A stretch of 64,000 nucleotides of DNA from a virus: the IMG/VR virus record IMGVR_UViG_3300025133_000033, one strand, 5' to 3'. Shown piece by piece: positions 6,835 through 16,137 of the stretch (the stretch's first letter is position 1; each line of letters begins with the position of its first letter). The notes below the pieces were generated by a model. It was given only the letters and a program-made list of their open reading frames with translations, did no database searches and was not told where the DNA came from. Both the position numbers and the translations under genes were made by a program.

Positions 6835-8001
6835 ATGAAGAAAGCATTAGTAACGGGGATAACAGGGCAAGATGGCTCTTACTTAGCAGAACTTTTACTG
6901 GAAAAAGGATATGAGGTAGTTGGGCTGGTACGTCGAACTAGTGTTTGTAATCTAGAGAGACTGAAGGACTTGATCAAGAATCCAAAGGTTACCCTAGTGG
7001 AAGGGGAAGTTTGCGACCCACTTTCGGTGTATTCAATAGTGGAAAACGGCAACTTCGATGAGATTTATAACCTTGCGGCACAGTCGCATGTGGGAACATC
7101 CTTCGATCAGCCGTCATATACTTTTGACGTAGATGCGAAAGGTCCACTTAATTTTCTTGAATCCATCAGGAAGTATAGCCCTCGAACGAAGTTTTATCAA
7201 GCTTCTACAAGCGAGTTATTTGGACAGAATTTCACATATCGTCCCCATCCAGATATTCCTCCAGTGAACCATAGCTCGCTGAGCGAGATGGGGAAACACC
7301 TACTAAAAGAAGAACCCACAGCTACTTATCAGGACGAAGATACTCCCTTCGCTCCACAATCGCCTTATGCATGTGCTAAACTAGCTGCTCACGATTTAGT
7401 GAGAATTTATCGTGAAGGTTATGGGCTACATGCTTCGTGTGGTATCCTCTTCAATCATGAATCGGAGAGGCGTGGAGAGAAATTTGTTACGCGAAAGATT
7501 ACTAAGTGGTTAGCTGATTTTTATCATTGGTTTGAACGAGTAGAGGGAGAAACCCCTCAGCGATGGTCTTGCCTTGATACTAGAGATGATGACCAAGTGT
7601 TTTGGGATCTTGGGGTCAGCTTCCCTAAGCTTCGATTAGGTAATTTAGATGCGTATCGAGACTGGGGACATGCAGAGGACTATGTTCGTGCTATGTGGAT
7701 TATGTTACAGCGTGAAGTACCTGACGATTATGTAATCGCTACAGGTGAAACTTGTTCCGTCCGTGGTTTTTTAGAAAGAGCATTCAATGAGATTGGCATT
7801 ACAGGCTTCGAACCGTATGTGGTTATTGATCCGAAATTTTATCGTCCAGCCGAGGTGGAATACCTGTGTGGGCGAGCCCATAAAGCAAAGACTGCTTTAG
7901 GTTGGGAAACAGAGATTTCTTTTGATGAACTAGTACACCGTATGGTTTGGAGTGATATCAATGGGTCGAAAAAGAAAGAGCAAGCGTGCTGCAAAGGCTA
8001 A
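6835..8001 (+). CDS. gmd: GDP-mannose 4,6-dehydratase
   Basis: ALVTGITGQDGSYLAELLL, YNLAAQSHV, YQASTSELFG, SPYACAK, GILFNHES, FVTRKIT, LGNLDAYRDWGHA. Confidence 0.97.
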   Translation: MKKALVTGITGQDGSYLAELLLEKGYEVVGLVRRTSVCNLERLKDLIKNPKVTLVEGEVCDPLSVYSIVENGNFDEIYNLAAQSHVGTSFDQPSYTFDVDAKGPLNFLESIRKYSPRTKFYQASTSELFGQNFTYRPHPDIPPVNHSSLSEMGKHLLKEEPTATYQDEDTPFAPQSPYACAKLAAHDLVRIYREGYGLHASCGILFNHESERRGEKFVTRKITKWLADFYHWFERVEGETPQRWSCLDTRDDDQVFWDLGVSFPKLRLGNLDAYRDWGHAEDYVRAMWIMLQREVPDDYVIATGETCSVRGFLERAFNEIGITGFEPYVVIDPKFYRPAEVEYLCGRAHKAKTALGWETEISFDELVHRMVWSDINGSKKKEQACCKG

Positions 8002-8332
8002 AAGAGGAAAAGGGAAAAGAGTAAGAAGCAAGAGAAGTTATAGGCAGAACAGAAGACAAGATCCTACCTATATCAAGTGGAGGAACGATGTTAAGGATAG
8101 AGACGACCACTGTTGTCAGTGGCCAAACTGTGGCTCTAAACGCCGCATTCAAGTTCACCATATAAAAACTTGGGCTGCACATCCTGGCCTACGTTTTGTT
8201 ATGGCGAACGGCATAACGCTGTGTGAGCGTTGCCATGAATCAATTAAGGGTAAAGAGGTTCATTATGAAGCCTTCTTCCTTAAGATTCTAGAGTACAAAA
8301 TGATTAATAAGCTACGTCAACGACGAGCTTAG
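7961..8332 (+). CDS. HNH endonuclease
   Basis: RDDHCCQWPNCG...VHHIK...NGITLCERCH; basic N-terminus. Confidence 0.85.
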   Translation: MGRKRKSKRAAKAKRGKGKRVRSKRSYRQNRRQDPTYIKWRNDVKDRDDHCCQWPNCGSKRRIQVHHIKTWAAHPGLRFVMANGITLCERCHESIKGKEVHYEAFFLKILEYKMINKLRQRRA

Positions 8333-8351
8333 TCCACAAAGGAGAGAATCC

Positions 8352-9323
8352 ATGAGACGTTTTGCAATAAGCCTGATAGTTATGGCTGCAATGATACTTC
8401 CTTCTATTGCTATGGCACAAGATGTAGCTCAACATCTTCAAGACGTAAGCGTGACGATCAAGTCAAAGAACCAATATAATAGCGGCGGATCTGAAGGGTC
8501 GGGCGTTCTTATTACCAGGGAAGTTAAAATCAAAGATGGCGGCAAAGAGACAGTTAAGGTTAATCTTGTATGGACTGCTGCCCACGTCATTACTAATCTA
8601 CGTACCACCCGCACTATCATTGATAGCAAGGGACAGAAAACGACTATCGTAGAATTTCGTGATGCTCAAATTGTAAAAGAGCTTGTAGAGGATGGTCGTA
8701 AGGTTGGAGAGCTTAAGATGGACGCAAAGGTCATCTTATATAGTGACTCCGAAGACGGACATGATCTAGCACTTCTATTGGTACGTAAGAAGGGGTTTGT
8801 GGGTTCAAGTGCCACATTCCATCTTGGTTCTAAAAAAGCCCCTGTTGGTATTGGGACGCGACTATTTCATGTTGGTTCTCTTTTAGGTCAGTCAGGTGCG
8901 AACTCCATGACTAACGGTATTATGTCTCAGGTGGGACGTGTACTACAGCTTGGTACTGGAGATGGTACTATCTTTGACCAAACAACGTGTGCAGCATTCC
9001 CTGGTTCTTCTGGTGGCGGGGTGTTCCTAGCTGGAACAAAGAAAGAAGAAGTGAGGTACGTAGGGATGCTTGTACGCGGTGCTGGTGAGACATTCAATCT
9101 AATTGTCCCAGTTCGCCGTATGTATGAATGGGCAGAAGCCCGAAACGTTCTTTGGGCACTTGATCCTGCTGTTGTCGCTCCATGTCTGGATGATATCAAA
9201 AGTATTGAGCCTGAAGCACAAGTTGCTGACCATGCTAGTATATCCCACCCCAAGTCTAAAGAACAAAAGTTCAAGTTCATGATCCGTGAGATGAAACAGC
9301 CAGAGATAGATGAGCGAGAATAA
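8352..9323 (+). CDS. trypsin-like serine protease with signal peptide
   Basis: TAAH, DLALL and GSSGGG triad motifs; MRRFAISLIVMAAMILPSIAMA signal peptide. Confidence 0.88.
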   Translation: MRRFAISLIVMAAMILPSIAMAQDVAQHLQDVSVTIKSKNQYNSGGSEGSGVLITREVKIKDGGKETVKVNLVWTAAHVITNLRTTRTIIDSKGQKTTIVEFRDAQIVKELVEDGRKVGELKMDAKVILYSDSEDGHDLALLLVRKKGFVGSSATFHLGSKKAPVGIGTRLFHVGSLLGQSGANSMTNGIMSQVGRVLQLGTGDGTIFDQTTCAAFPGSSGGGVFLAGTKKEEVRYVGMLVRGAGETFNLIVPVRRMYEWAEARNVLWALDPAVVAPCLDDIKSIEPEAQVADHASISHPKSKEQKFKFMIREMKQPEIDERE

Positions 9324-9804
9324 GTTTACTGTAATTAGAGATACGCGAGAGAAACCGGCACATGGCTGGTCATTTGATCCTGATGGCTACTGTGCCGGTA
9401 CTCTTGTTACTAAGCTAGACACTGGAGACTATAGTATTCAGGGTTTAGAGGAAGTTGTAGCTATAGAGCGGAAAGAAACAATACAGGAGTTCGCCCGCAA
9501 CTGTGTAGAAAAGCGTTGGGGCGACTGTATGAAAAGATTAAAGGATATAGAACACCCTTATATTATATTTGAGTTTACCGAAGAAGATGTTGACCGATAC
9601 CCTCTCTCTGCACGAGTGCCTGCCAGAGTACGTAAGATGATGTGCTGGGCTAATGGCAAACCTCGTATAGCAGTTAAATATATCTGGAAAGTAATAAAGA
9701 CGGCACGCGAATACGGGATAGATGTTCGTTTTTGTGGAGATAAGATGACAGCAGAGAAGCAGGCGTATCAAATTATGCGAGAAATCCATGAAGCATATTT
9801 ATGA
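9310..9804 (+). CDS. ERCC4-domain nuclease
   Basis: DTREK...LDTGDYSI...IERKETIQE motif. Confidence 0.8.
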   Translation: MSENKFTVIRDTREKPAHGWSFDPDGYCAGTLVTKLDTGDYSIQGLEEVVAIERKETIQEFARNCVEKRWGDCMKRLKDIEHPYIIFEFTEEDVDRYPLSARVPARVRKMMCWANGKPRIAVKYIWKVIKTAREYGIDVRFCGDKMTAEKQAYQIMREIHEAYL

Positions 9805-11878
9805 TGTAGACAGCTATGAATATTCTTATCTAAGAGTTTCCGGTGATGACCTCAAAGAGGCAAAGATACGTAATCCTCTTCATGATCTAAACGATTGGGA
9901 AAAGGAGAACTATCATCTTCATGTATTACGTATTATGCGTAACCCAGAATATATCCACTGGACAGTAAAGAATCTTCTTAATATAGACTTGTTACCAGAG
10001 CAGTGTGTCATACTGCAAGAGCTATGGACAAAAGCGTTCCCTATGTATATCGCTTCCCGTGGTTTTGGTAAGTCTTTTCTTTTGGCCGTATACGGTATGC
10101 TCCGTTGTTTGCTTGTGCCGGGGTCCAAGATCGTTATTGTTGGTGCTGCATTCCGACAGTCTAAGGTGATCTTTGAGTATATGGATGTTATCTGGAAGAA
10201 CGCTCCCCTCTTCCGTAGCCTTTGCAGCGATGCTAGTGGGCCACGTCGTGATGTTGACCGCTGTACCATGAAGGTAAACGATAGCTGGACTATCGCTGTT
10301 CCTTTGGGGGATGGCACCAAGATCCGTGGTTTACGTGCCCACACGATTATTGCTGACGAATTCAATTCTATACCTGTTGAGATTTATGAAACAGTTGTGG
10401 CAGGTTTCGCTTCTGTTTCTAAAGATCCAGCAGAGAATGTGAAGGAAGCAGCTAAGCGTAAGGCTATGAAAGAGGATGGCGTATGGTCAGAGCAAGAAGA
10501 AGAGATTTATCAAGATCGCCATCAAAACCAGTCTATACTTTCCGGCACAGCAGGCTATGACTTTGAGCCGTATGCTGACTATTGGAAGGTCTATAAAAAG
10601 ATGATTGCGGGAGAGGGCTATACGAGCGAAGCATCCGAAGAAGAGGGTGTAGAATCTCAAGGTAGTCAAATTCCTGAGTATATGCAACGTCTAGACAAGG
10701 ATCAGTTCACAGTAATCCGTATTCCATACGAGCTGATTCCCGAAGGCTTTATGGATGATCAGCAAGTGTCTCGTTCTCGTGCGACTATGCATAGCGGCAT
10801 CTATCTAATGGAATATGGTGCGTGCTTTGCTAAAGACTCTCAGGGGTTTTTCAAAAGAACCCTTGTTGAGGGCTGCACAGCGACAGAGAAAATGATAGCA
10901 AGGGTAGGTTGGCCTAGATGGTGCGATGAGCCCTTTGATGTAGTAACTAGGGGGCGTGCTGGAAAACAGTATGTCTTTGCTATTGACCCCGCCTCTGAAA
11001 ATGACAACTTTGCTCTTGTTATTCTTGAACTCCACGAAGAGCATCATAGAGTTGCTTATGTATGGACTACTACCAAGAAGGACTTCCAAGAACGCAAGAA
11101 GCTTGGACTTACAGAGTCCGACGATTACTATAGTTTTTGTGTTAGAAAGATCAGAGACCTATATAGATCCTTCCCTTGTGTCCATCTAGCTATTGATGCT
11201 CAAGGAGGGGGATATGCTATTGCAGAAGGACTAAGGGACTCTGACAAGATTCTCCCTGGAGAACGTCCTATCTTGCCAATAATTGATGATAAAAAAGAGC
11301 AAGATACTGATGTGTTGGACGGAGATCATATCCTTGAATTTATACAATTTGCGGACGCTAAATGGACCTCTCAAGCAAACCACGGTCTGAGAAAAGATAT
11401 GGAAGACAAAGTTCTCTTATTTCCTCGTTTTGACAATGTAACTCTCGCCCTTGTATCTGAGCAGGACAAAATCCAGTTCAGGATGCTCAAGGAGAGACTA
11501 GGTGATAGTAAGGCTTTGAAACTTTATGACACTTTGGAGGATGTTGTTCTTGAGGTTGAGGAGCTTAAAACAGAACTTTCCACTATCACAGTTAGTCGTA
11601 CCGCATCCGGTCGCGAGAAGTTCAGCACTCCAGAAATAAAGCTGAATACTGGCAAGAAGGGGAGTATGCGGAAGGATCGCTATAGTGCTCTTGTTATGGC
11701 AAATATGGTAGCACGATCTATTCAGCGAGAGATTACCCCTCCTGCTTATGTGGGTGTCGGACGTGTAGCTCAAGCAAGATCAGGGCCTATAGACAAGAAT
11801 AAGCCTATGTATGCTGCATCTCAAGAATGGGCCAGTTATTCTCCTGCCTCTGTTGGGGTAATACGTAGAGGCCAATAG
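9788..11878 (+). CDS. terL: terminase large subunit
   Basis: Walker A ASRGFGKS, Walker B IIADEF, RGLRA, nuclease AIDPASEND and KDRYSAL. Confidence 0.9.
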   Translation: MKHIYDVDSYEYSYLRVSGDDLKEAKIRNPLHDLNDWEKENYHLHVLRIMRNPEYIHWTVKNLLNIDLLPEQCVILQELWTKAFPMYIASRGFGKSFLLAVYGMLRCLLVPGSKIVIVGAAFRQSKVIFEYMDVIWKNAPLFRSLCSDASGPRRDVDRCTMKVNDSWTIAVPLGDGTKIRGLRAHTIIADEFNSIPVEIYETVVAGFASVSKDPAENVKEAAKRKAMKEDGVWSEQEEEIYQDRHQNQSILSGTAGYDFEPYADYWKVYKKMIAGEGYTSEASEEEGVESQGSQIPEYMQRLDKDQFTVIRIPYELIPEGFMDDQQVSRSRATMHSGIYLMEYGACFAKDSQGFFKRTLVEGCTATEKMIARVGWPRWCDEPFDVVTRGRAGKQYVFAIDPASENDNFALVILELHEEHHRVAYVWTTTKKDFQERKKLGLTESDDYYSFCVRKIRDLYRSFPCVHLAIDAQGGGYAIAEGLRDSDKILPGERPILPIIDDKKEQDTDVLDGDHILEFIQFADAKWTSQANHGLRKDMEDKVLLFPRFDNVTLALVSEQDKIQFRMLKERLGDSKALKLYDTLEDVVLEVEELKTELSTITVSRTASGREKFSTPEIKLNTGKKGSMRKDRYSALVMANMVARSIQREITPPAYVGVGRVAQARSGPIDKNKPMYAASQEWASYSPASVGVIRRGQ

Positions 11879-11882
11879 GTAT

Positions 11883-11889
11883 TGGTGTA
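11883..11889 (+). promoter_or_regulatory. candidate late-promoter motif TGGTGTA
   Basis: Intergenic, before portal; same motif at 14929, 17266/17276 and 20620. Confidence 0.4.
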
Positions 11890-11935
11890 CTAATAATAGG
11901 TATTGCAATCCCATTCTTTCTTTAGCAGGGGCGTC

Positions 11936-14092
11936 ATGAGTAAAGAAGCTAATAAATATCCCAAGAGTCGAGCCAGAGATGGTGTCGATGGTCAAGGACC
12001 AGCTCTAGTAAGCTGGGCTAACGAGGCTACGCAAGAAAAAGCCTTTGATACATATGCTTCAGCTTTAGAAGAGGCATCTTATAGTGTTGCTAATTATCGT
12101 AGAGACTTTTCAGGTGTAACCTCAAATACTGATGGTCGTCCAGGGTTGAGAAACGTAGATTTCGATTGGTTTCGTCCTGGTCAAGCAGCACCTATAAAAC
12201 CAAAGGACATTATGGCGTACTCACGCTTTGTCTATCGTCGTATAGGGATAATTCATAATGCAATTGACCTAATGGGAGATTTTGCATGTCAAGGCATCAG
12301 AATAGTTCATCCTAATCCCCGTATTGAACGCTTCTATAACGACTGGTTCAATGAAGTAAGCGGGAAGTTTGTTTCTGAGCGTTTAGGGCATCTTCTCTTC
12401 AGAGAAGCGAATGTCCCGGTTCGAATGTTCACTGCTAAGATGAATAAGTCAAAACGACTAGACATGCAGAAGTCCGTAGGTTCCGCTGAGATAAGAGTGG
12501 ATAAGAATGATGCAAAATTCCAAAAGGCGGAAATTCCGTGGAAATATAATTTCATCGACCCTCTATTAGTTGAGCCTGTTGGTGGACCTCTAGCAACGCT
12601 AACTAAAAATAAGCTCCTAACTCTTAAGGTTCCTTATCATTTAAAGCGTGAAATTCAACGACTACTTGATTCTAATAATCCCGAAGTACAAAAAGTACTA
12701 GAGGATATTTCCCCAGATATTATCAAGGCCGTTTCTAGCAATAGCGATATCATTCTACCTCCTGACAAGACGTATATGTATCACTATAAAAAGGATGACT
12801 GGCAGACATGGGCCGACCCTATGACCTATTCTGCATTTGAGCCCTTAAATCTATATCAAAGATTACAGCTCGCAGACAAGGCCGCTCTAGATGGGGCTAT
12901 CTCTAAGATTCGCGTCTGGAAGATTGGTTCTCTAGAACATAAACTAGCTCCGACTCCAACCACATCAGCTACTTTATCTGATATGCTAGGGGCGAATGTC
13001 GGAGGTGGAACGATTGACATCATTTGGGGTCCAGACATTGAGCTTATAGAAACAAGTAGTGATCTGCACCAGTTCTTAGGCGAAGAAAAATATCATTCGA
13101 CTCTTATGGCCATCTATGCTACTTTAGGGATTCCTCCAACTCTGACGGGAACCTTTGGTGCTTCTGGTACAACCAATAACTTCATTTCATTGAAGACTCT
13201 CACTGAGCGGTTGAACTATGTGCGAAATATCATAATTGACTTTTGGACAACTCAATTAAAGATTGTTCAAAAATCAATGGGCTTTAGAATGCCTGCACAA
13301 GTTGAGTTTGACTATATGTATCTTGATGATCCAATGGCAGTCTCTAATTTGTTAATGAGCATGGCTGATAGAAATATCATTAGTGATGAGTTTGTACAAC
13401 GCAACATTAAAGCTAAGCCAAATATTGAGAATCGTCGTGTTATTAACGAAAACAAGAGACGTGAGAATGCAGACATGGAAAAGGTTAGCCCTTATCATCA
13501 AGTAGATCAAGATCATGCATTGAAAAAGATTGCTTTGCAGACAGGACAGTCTGCTCCTTCTGAAGTGGGATTAGAACTAGACAACCGTAAGAGTGGTGAG
13601 AAATCCCTTATGGATATGAAGGAACAACAAATGAAAGTGAGCCGTCCTCCTGCTGGTCAAAAACAACCAGGATCGCCAGGAAGACCAAAGAACACACGCG
13701 ACACAAAACCGCGTAAACCAAAGAAGTTTGTTCCTAAGAATAAGGCGGCAGTAGAGATGTGGGCTAAGACAGCACAGAAGAAAATCTCTGATGTTATTAA
13801 CCCTCAAGTTATAGCTGCATTCCAAAAGAGCAACTTAAGAAGTCTAACTGCGGAACAATTTAGTCAGTTAGAGAAACTAAAATTCGAGATTTTGTGTAAT
13901 TTAGATATAGGAGGAGAGCTTACTGAGGCAGCATTAGCCACAGCGTCTCAAAATCCTACCCCTAATGTCCATGCACTATTTGAATCTTGGACTACAGAAG
14001 CTCTTGAATTATTAGGTAAAAAGTCATTCTCAATTGACGAAGTACGTGATCTAAGAGTTTCATTCTATGTTGATAATATTTCGGAGACATAA
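11936..14092 (+). CDS. portal protein
   Basis: Position between terL and protease; IIHNAIDLMGDF and IYATLGIPPTL portal-like segments. Confidence 0.75.
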   Translation: MSKEANKYPKSRARDGVDGQGPALVSWANEATQEKAFDTYASALEEASYSVANYRRDFSGVTSNTDGRPGLRNVDFDWFRPGQAAPIKPKDIMAYSRFVYRRIGIIHNAIDLMGDFACQGIRIVHPNPRIERFYNDWFNEVSGKFVSERLGHLLFREANVPVRMFTAKMNKSKRLDMQKSVGSAEIRVDKNDAKFQKAEIPWKYNFIDPLLVEPVGGPLATLTKNKLLTLKVPYHLKREIQRLLDSNNPEVQKVLEDISPDIIKAVSSNSDIILPPDKTYMYHYKKDDWQTWADPMTYSAFEPLNLYQRLQLADKAALDGAISKIRVWKIGSLEHKLAPTPTTSATLSDMLGANVGGGTIDIIWGPDIELIETSSDLHQFLGEEKYHSTLMAIYATLGIPPTLTGTFGASGTTNNFISLKTLTERLNYVRNIIIDFWTTQLKIVQKSMGFRMPAQVEFDYMYLDDPMAVSNLLMSMADRNIISDEFVQRNIKAKPNIENRRVINENKRRENADMEKVSPYHQVDQDHALKKIALQTGQSAPSEVGLELDNRKSGEKSLMDMKEQQMKVSRPPAGQKQPGSPGRPKNTRDTKPRKPKKFVPKNKAAVEMWAKTAQKKISDVINPQVIAAFQKSNLRSLTAEQFSQLEKLKFEILCNLDIGGELTEAALATASQNPTPNVHALFESWTTEALELLGKKSFSIDEVRDLRVSFYVDNISET

Positions 14093-14095
14093 TAT

Positions 14096-15646
14096 ATGGC
14101 AATAAAACCCCCAACAGTTTTCCCAGCAGAAAGGGAAGCGGGGCTTGAGCACAAAATCCGATCTCAATCTTCTATCGCTTTTACCGCTCCTGTAGCGACT
14201 CATGATCCTCAGATGGTTGGCTCCAAAAGTCAACTTAAAGCTTCGGCTGCTCTAACGGAACTAGTCACTGCCGGTCTTGACGATGCAGATGTACACCACG
14301 TTCTTTCTATCTTGGTGTCTACTGTATGGAACAAGAATGACGATATATTCGATAAAGATGAGGTTTGGGCAGCTCGTGAGACTCCCCGTTTTAAGCCTAC
14401 TAATATAGAGCATGATGAAAAACAAATAGTAGGAGGGATTATCAATAGCTGGGCTATCGACTCAGATTTTAATCTTATTGGTGATAGCGAAAACCCTAAA
14501 GCCAGCGACCTTGAATTACCAGATGTATACCATATCTTAGTAGGATCTGTTATATATAAGAGATGGAACGATCCAGAGCTACAGACTAGAGCAACAGACC
14601 TTATTCAGCAAATTGAGGCTGGTGAGAAGTTTGTTTCTATGGAGTGTGTCTTTCATGGATTCGATTATGGTGTAGTTGATCCCGACGGTAACAATCATGT
14701 AGTTGCTCGTACTGCTGACACCGCCTTCTTATCCCAGCATCTACGTGCTTATGGTGGAATGGGAACTTATCAAGATCATAAGGTAGGCAGGGTTCTTAGA
14801 GACATCACTTTTAGTGGTAAAGGGTTTGTAGATAAGCCTGCAAATCCAGATAGTATCATCTTTGATAAAGACCATATTTTCTCGTTCGCTAACGCCTCAG
14901 AAGATAAAAGTCTATTTTTAGATGATAATGGTGTAAATACAAGTACAGAAGGTAATTCTTTTGACATTAACTCACACAAGGAGAACACAATGTCTGATCA
15001 ATTAAACGATCAAATCAGAGAGCTTAAGGAAAGTCTAGCTTCTCTACGCACTGAGAACAAAGACATGGCTGACAAGCTTTCTGCCGCGAACGTTTCCCAA
15101 TATGAAGATAAGATTGAGGCTTTGACAGCAAATATTGCTGTATTAGATGAGGCCAAAGCTGATCTAGAAGGAAAACTAAGCGAGGCAACAAGCAAGGTTG
15201 AAACTTTGGGAACAGACGTAGAAGCTAAATCTACTGAGCTTGAAGAACTTCAAGCAAATTTTGACAAGATGAAAGAAGAAGAGAAAAAGAAGAAGAGAGA
15301 AGCATCTCTCATCGAAGCTGGCATTCCTGCTGACGAAGTAGCTGCTAAGCTTGAAACCTTTTCCTCTCTCAATGATGAACAGTTTGACGTAATCGTTAAG
15401 ACTGTCTCTGACCTGAAGCCTGCCGTATCTACCGAGGCTTCCGAATCCACTACTGAGTCTTCTGAAGAAGAATCCGTAGAGGAAGAAACTACAGCTTCCG
15501 AAGTAGTGGAAGAAAATTCTGTAGAAGAAGATAACACGTCTATGGCTTCGGAATCTAGCGAAGGCGAAGATGAACAGTCTGTTGCTCGTGCTGGTCTTGA
15601 GCAATGGGTGAGCGAAGTTGTTATGAACCAAAAAGCATCCGAATAA
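14096..15646 (+). CDS. prohead protease fused to scaffold domain
   Basis: NKNDDIF, NIEHD, VSMEC, FSGKGFVDKPANPDS; C-terminal acidic coiled coil. Confidence 0.75.
   Translation: MAIKPPTVFPAEREAGLEHKIRSQSSIAFTAPVATHDPQMVGSKSQLKASAALTELVTAGLDDADVHHVLSILVSTVWNKNDDIFDKDEVWAARETPRFKPTNIEHDEKQIVGGIINSWAIDSDFNLIGDSENPKASDLELPDVYHILVGSVIYKRWNDPELQTRATDLIQQIEAGEKFVSMECVFHGFDYGVVDPDGNNHVVARTADTAFLSQHLRAYGGMGTYQDHKVGRVLRDITFSGKGFVDKPANPDSIIFDKDHIFSFANASEDKSLFLDDNGVNTSTEGNSFDINSHKENTMSDQLNDQIRELKESLASLRTENKDMADKLSAANVSQYEDKIEALTANIAVLDEAKADLEGKLSEATSKVETLGTDVEAKSTELEELQANFDKMKEEEKKKKREASLIEAGIPADEVAAKLETFSSLNDEQFDVIVKTVSDLKPAVSTEASESTTESSEEESVEEETTASEVVEENSVEEDNTSMASESSEGEDEQSVARAGLEQWVSEVVMNQKASE
14990..15646 (+). 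CDS. nested in-frame scaffold protein (218 aa)
   Basis: AAGGAGA RBS before in-frame ATG (Met299) at the start of the coiled-coil region. Confidence 0.6.
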   Translation: MSDQLNDQIRELKESLASLRTENKDMADKLSAANVSQYEDKIEALTANIAVLDEAKADLEGKLSEATSKVETLGTDVEAKSTELEELQANFDKMKEEEKKKKREASLIEAGIPADEVAAKLETFSSLNDEQFDVIVKTVSDLKPAVSTEASESTTESSEEESVEEETTASEVVEENSVEEDNTSMASESSEGEDEQSVARAGLEQWVSEVVMNQKASE

Positions 15647-15664
15647 GTTTTAGGAGAATATAAA

Positions 15665-16120
15665 ATGGCTCTAAAAGGTGATCGTGTAGAACATCTAACA
15701 GATATCAGCTTTTTTAAAAGCGATGCTGTTGCAGAACGAGGCGTTATTGTTGCTCATAGCACTGGAGGTTCCGGTGCTGCTATGGACGACGCTGCGGCCT
15801 TAGTTGCTGACGTTGCTGCATATGAAGACGAACCTGCGGGTTTGTTATTGAATGACGTTGTTAATATTGACCTTACCCGTCAACAATACAACGCAAATAA
15901 AGACGAAATGCAGCTTGGTGGTAAAGTCACCTTGCTTCGTCGTGGTACGGTTGTGACCGACCAAATTTCAGGTACTCCAGTTATTGGTAGTGGTGCTCAC
16001 TTTGCATTAGATGGTACTTTGACCTGTGGTAATGAGCAAGCTAGTAGCGTTAAGGTTGGCCGTTGGCTATCCGTTTTAGATGCTGATGGTTTCGCGAAAG
16101 TAGAAATTAATATTGTTTAA
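15665..16120 (+). CDS. head decoration/cement-type structural protein
   Basis: 151 aa between scaffold and MCP; strong AGGAG RBS. Confidence 0.55.
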   Translation: MALKGDRVEHLTDISFFKSDAVAERGVIVAHSTGGSGAAMDDAAALVADVAAYEDEPAGLLLNDVVNIDLTRQQYNANKDEMQLGGKVTLLRRGTVVTDQISGTPVIGSGAHFALDGTLTCGNEQASSVKVGRWLSVLDADGFAKVEINIV

Positions 16121-16137
16121 TCTTAGGAGATTAAGAA

